In this document: piece after piece, positions 8,023 to 12,038 of the stretch | Numbering within the stretch: position 1 is the stretch's first letter | How the letters are laid out: every line of letters starts with the position of its first letter | NCBI RefSeq assembly: GCF_006345805.1 | Contig: NW_021826761.1 | Location: 1-12,038, forward strand | Reading direction: 5' to 3' | Source of the DNA: Octopus sinensis | Taxonomy: Eukaryota | Length of the DNA stretch: 12,038 nucleotides | Translations under genes and position numbers: made by a program | The notes under the pieces: model-generated | The model's database searches: none | Told to the model about the DNA's origin: nothing | What the model saw: only the letters and a program-made list of their open reading frames with translations

Positions 8023-8195
8023 AAGGTTACCGATAATGGTTTTTTTAACATACCGAACTATTTGGTAAAATTATTACTTATTAATTGGTCAATTAATTTT
8101 ACCCTTTATTACTATATAGATAGATAGATAGATAAATAGATACAAATATACATATACATTATATAACATTATATATTTATGTATAAATATATAGA

Positions 8196-8445
8196 CACCT
8201 GTGTTGGTGGCACGTAAAAAGCACCATCCGAGCGTGGCCGTTCGCCAGCCTCGTCTGGCACCTGTGTCGGTGGCACACAAAAAGCACCCACTACACTCAC
8301 GGAATGGTTGTCGTTAGGAAGGGCATCCAGCTGTAGAAACAGGCCAGATATGACTGGCCTGGTGCAGCCTTCGGGCTTCCCAAACCCCAGTTGAACCATC
8401 CAACCCATACTAGCATGGAAAGTGGACGTTAAACGATGATGATGA
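8196..8445 (+). mobile_element. RTE-type LINE 3'UTR/tail, 5'-truncated
   Basis: Closely matches 5544-5802, including the ~63-nt subrepeat, terminal stem-loop and GAT tail. Confidence 0.9.
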
Positions 8446-8749
8446 TATATATTATGTAACATTATATATATATATATAAGTGTGTGTATTTTCTGTTGCT
8501 TGTGCATACACACACACATTCGCATACTTGTCTTACATTCAGACACACAATTAGAATAGGTCAATAGCCTGATAAAAGTTCAGGTGGACTGTTCCAGTTG
8601 TTTGTAAAAAATGTGATGCGTTTTCTCATTCTAATCAGTGAACAATGAAATTGAATAACCACTTGAATCTGCTGTCAGCTTCATCGAAGCATCTAATAAG
8701 ATCTTGATTTTTATACATCCTAATTCTTGTTGATAAAAGGCCAACATAT

Positions 8750-8960
8750 AACTTTATACATACACACAAATACACATACACCAAATTACACACACATGCA
8801 TACTCTCTTTCCCCTCTTTCTCTCTCTCTCTCTCTCTCACATATGCATATGCAGATGCACAAACACACATGTATGTATGTATGTATATACATATATATAC
8901 ATATATATACATATATATACACACACATATACATACATGTATACACACACCCACATATGC

Positions 8961-8995
<35 letters not shown>

Positions 8996-8996
8996 T
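8750..8996. repeat. Compound (CA)n/(CT)n/(TA)n microsatellite
   Basis: Directly visible. Confidence 0.88.
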
Positions 8997-9220
8997 TGTT
9001 TATTCCTTCTGGAGCCACGCCTGGCTCATAGGGCTGGTTTCCTGGTTTCCTTGGCATATAGGTTCCCCACCTGGACAGGGCGCCAGTCCGTCGCAGGTAA
9101 GCTGCATGATGCAGGAGAAAAGAGTGAGAGAAAGTTGTGGCGAAAGAGTCAGCAGAAGTTCACCATTACTTTCCACCAGATCTGCATGGAGCTTTAGGTG
9201 TTTTGCTCATAAACACACAT
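8997..9220 (-). mobile_element. Headless SINE related to family A with a different 3' tail
   Basis: 9116-9220 (GAGTGAGAGAAAGTTGTGGCGAAAGAGTCAGCAG...GGAGCTTTAGGTGTTTTGCTCATAAACAC) matches 3907-4008. 8997-9100 is unrelated to 3788-3900. Confidence 0.78.
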
Positions 9221-9236
9221 TATAAAATGGTGTTTG

Positions 9237-9302
9237 TTTGAAAGATAAATTAAAAATTAAAAATTACTGCACTAATTTTTAATTTTTGATTTATCTTTCA
9301 AA
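9237..9302. repeat. 66-nt near-perfect palindrome
   Basis: TTTGAAAGATAAATTAAAAATTAAAAATTA-CTGCAC-TAATTTTTAATTTTTGATTTATCTTTCAAA: 30-nt arms with one mismatch (G.U in RNA). Confidence 0.93.
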
Positions 9303-9303
9303 T

Positions 9304-9356
9304 CGTCCAACCCATGCTAGCATGGAAAGCGGACGTTAAACGATGATGATGATGAT
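9304..9356 (+). mobile_element. Minimal RTE 3' terminus (stem-loop + GAT tail only)
   Basis: CGTCCAACCCATGCTAGCATGGAAAGCGGACGTTAAAC(GAT)5, followed by (TA)n. Confidence 0.85.
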
Positions 9357-9384
9357 ATATATATATTATATATATATATATATA

Positions 9385-9542
9385 TGACAGGTTTCTTTCA
9401 GTTTCTGTCTACCAAATCCACTCACAAGGCTTTGGTTAACTCGAGGCTATAGTAGAAGACACTTGCCAAAGGTGCCATGCAGTGGGACTGAACCCAGAAC
9501 CATGTGGTTGGTAAGCGAGCTACTTACCACACAGCCACTTCT
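9385..9542 (-). mobile_element. tRNA-derived SINE (family B) 5' half
   Basis: Reverse complement: GTGGCTGTGTGGTAAGTAGCTCGCTTACCAACCACATGGTTCTGGGTTCAGTCCCACTGCATGG...GAAACTGAAAGAAACC. Confidence 0.88.
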
Positions 9543-9614
9543 ATTGAATTTATAACTGTGTATGCATATGTAAAGAGCATTGATTGCCTAATTTGAGTCT
9601 TTATTGTCATTCTT

Positions 9615-9680
9615 ATACATATATATATATATATTTATATATATAGTATTGTTAACAACTAAGAAATTTACACACACACT

Positions 9681-9717
<37 letters not shown>
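9615..9717. repeat. (TA)n and (CA)n microsatellites
   Basis: Directly visible. Confidence 0.85.
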
Positions 9718-9718
<1 letters not shown>

Positions 9719-9747
9719 TATGCGTATATGAGTGAATGTGTAAATAA

Positions 9748-9836
9748 ATGTAGTTGAGAAAATTTACTTCTCAGTGACATGGGTTTGAATTCAGTCTCAC
9801 TGTACACCACCTGGTGTAAGTGTTGTCTACTATACC
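9748..9836 (+). mobile_element. Highly diverged family B SINE head
   Basis: GAAAATTTACTTCTCAGTGACATGG...TTCAGTCTCACTGTACACCACCTGGTGTAAGTGTTGTCTACTATA is collinear with the family B head. Confidence 0.55.
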
Positions 9837-10301
9837 ATGACGATGGTAAGGATGATGATGTTGGTAACAACGATGATGAAGATGACAATGACAAGGATTG
9901 CAATGATGACAACAATGACAAAGATGATGGTGATGATGAGACAACTGCAATGATGATGAGGTGATGATGATGATGATGATGATGAAGATGATGATGATGA
10001 TGATGATGATGACGATGATAACAATGATGACCACAATGATGGTGATGTTGATGATAATGATGAATATGGTGATGAGTTGATAATGTCGACAACGACGATG
10101 ATGACAATGATGATGATGATGATGAGGATGAAAACAACTGCAATGATGATGAGGTGATAATGATGATGATGATAACAGTGATGACTATAATGATGGTGAT
10201 GATGATGATTATATGAATATGGTGATGAAGTTGATGATGATGATGATGATGAGGACGATGATGACGAGGATGAGGATAATGACATGATGATAATCATGAT
10301 G

Positions 10302-10349
<48 letters not shown>

Positions 10350-10376
10350 GTGATGATGGGATTATAACGATGACGA
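9837..10376. repeat. ~540-nt degenerate (GAT)n trinucleotide tract with an internal duplication
   Basis: GAT/GAC/AAT/GAG triplets. ACAACTGCAATGATGATGAGGTGAT...TGAATATGGTGATGA occurs twice (~9941 and ~10134). Confidence 0.92.
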
Positions 10377-10785
10377 CAGGAATGGCATAAAATCAATCCC
10401 TTAAATAGTAGCAAATGCCTTATTAGTAGTGACTGCTGCATGGGACTAGTCCATACTAAGATATCAGGGGACATATGTCTCTCACTATTAAATGTTCAAT
10501 TCGTTTGTCAATGTCAATAAGATAATTTTTTTTCCTTTTTTAAAAAACCTTCTGTAATATTTATAAACATAGCATTCTGACATTTAAGCGTTGCAGTTAT
10601 TTTACAAAACCATATTCAAGTTTCGTGTACAATGATCCCTAAGGGCTTTGGTTGCCATGTAGATCCGTCATGAATTCACAAATCCTCAAACATATAATTT
10701 TTTCACAATAAACCCTACATCACATTCCTACTACACCCAAAATTGCAATCAAACAAAAAAAAAAAAACGAATGACTGTGTGAATA

Positions 10786-11235
10786 GGCACTTGTGTGGTT
10801 GTGTGGTAAGAAGCTTGCTTCTCAACCACATGGTTCCAAGTTCAATCCCACTGTGTGGAACCCTAGGCAAGTGTCTTCTATTATAGTCTTGGGCCTGACC
10901 TACAGCCTTGTGAATTGATTCGGTTGACAGAAACTGAAAGAAGCCCATCGTATATACATACATACAGACAGATACACACACGTGTGTGTGTGTATGTATA
11001 TATGTATGTGTGTTTGTCTTTGTATCTGTCTTTGTCTCCCAACCACTGCTTGACAACTGGTGTTGGCTTGTTTACATCCCCATAACTTAGTGGTTTGGTG
11101 AAAAGAGGCTGATAGAATAAATACCAAGCTTTTAAAACAATAATCACTAGGGTTGATTCATTCAACTAAAAGAGTTTCAAGGTGGTGCTCCAGCATGGCC
11201 ACAGTCTAATGACTGAAACAAATAGAAAATAAAAG
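10786..11235 (+). mobile_element. Apparently full-length family B SINE with an internal microsatellite
   Basis: tRNA-like head (B box GTTCAATCCC), 5' half to ~10950, TA/CA/TG tract, then a 3' half ending GTGCTCCAGCATGGCCACAGTCTAATGACTGAAACAAATAGAAAATAAAAG. The same terminus recurs at ~6153-6175. Confidence 0.8.
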
Positions 11236-11295
11236 TTTACCAACTCAGACAGTGAAAAATCTACCACAAAATATACAAACAAGAAATTCTTATTG

Positions 11296-11496
11296 TCTTT
11301 GTACTCTAGGCACGAGGACTGAAGTTTTATTAGGGGAGGGGTCCAGTTGATTCCTTTGAGCTCAATTTGTAATTACTTTATTGATCCTGCAAAGATGAAA
11401 GGCAAAGCTGCACTTAGCAGAATTTGAACTCAGAATGCAAGGATATGCTGCTAAGCATTTATTCCAGTCTGCTAATGATTCTGCCAGCTTCTTGCC
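11296..11496 (-). mobile_element. Diverged tRNA-derived SINE (family C)
   Basis: Minus strand: GGCAAGAAGCTGGCAGAATCATTAGCA (A box-like)...GAGTTCAAATTC (B box)...CTTTGCCTTTCATC...CCCCTCCCC...GTGCCTAGAGTACAAAGA. Resembles an abundant octopus SINE from recall. Confidence 0.72.
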
Positions 11497-11988
11497 TGTT
11501 GAAAGAGAAAATTACTAAATATTATTAAGGCTGCACCCTGTTTGATTTCTGTAACTGAAGAGAAGATAACTTTTCTGAAATGCTTGCTTCTCACAGTCTG
11601 GATAGGTGGCGCTGTGAGGTGATTTAGGTATATTTACACCATTTGTCTATTGCGAGAAGTTTTCTCCAAGGCAAAATACAATGAATGGCTGGCTTAAAGG
11701 TTCACATGTGCAATGAGCATGTTTAAACAGGTAATAACATTGCACTAAATATTATGTCTCTTCCCAACATTAAAAAAATGAAATATATGCATGTCCCATC
11801 ATATTCGAATGTTGGAAAACCTTTCATGTGGAAATAATTGTAGGAGAAAACCCTCCTTGTAGGCATGTGTGAAAGCACATTGGGCTACGAATGAGATCAT
11901 CAGATCATGGGATGTATGTATTTCTGTGTTGTTATGCATCGTCATTTATCAATACTGAAGTAGCCTTTAAACAGTGTATTTGTTAATA

Positions 11989-12038
11989 TGGCTGTGTAGT
12001 AAGATGCTTGCTTCCCAACCACATGGTTCTGGGTTCAG
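11989..12038 (+). mobile_element. Family B SINE head, cut by the window end
   Basis: TGGCTGTGTAGTAAGATGCTTGCTTCCCAACCACATGGTTCTGGGTTCAG. Confidence 0.85.

Noticed and set aside
9652-10474. Long poly-Ser/His/Ile/Asp ORFs (up to 214 aa)
   Set aside because: Artefacts of the (GAT)n/(ATC)n tract. The same applies to the YI/CV/HT-rich ORFs over TA/TG repeats elsewhere.

Overview
AT-rich, repeat-saturated animal genomic DNA, most likely an octopus (coleoid cephalopod) intron or intergenic region. The taxon call rests on recalled SINE/LINE families, not a search. No intact protein-coding gene is visible, and nearly all supplied ORFs are microsatellite or repeat artefacts. The window holds (i) two 5'-truncated RTE-clade LINE relics that keep the degraded ORF C-terminus, plus several 3'-tail-only copies, mostly sitting in (TA)n; (ii) several tRNA-derived SINE families with interchangeable tails; (iii) two (TA)n-flanked, probably Penelope-like fragments, each carrying a minimal type I hammerhead ribozyme fold; (iv) two long inverted repeats; (v) many microsatellites; and (vi) one plausible 93-nt minus-strand host exon. 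The most interesting signals are RNA-structural: the hammerheads, and an RTE 3'UTR built from tandem units that each contain a compact H-type pseudoknot, amplified at two scales (~62 nt and ~350 nt).
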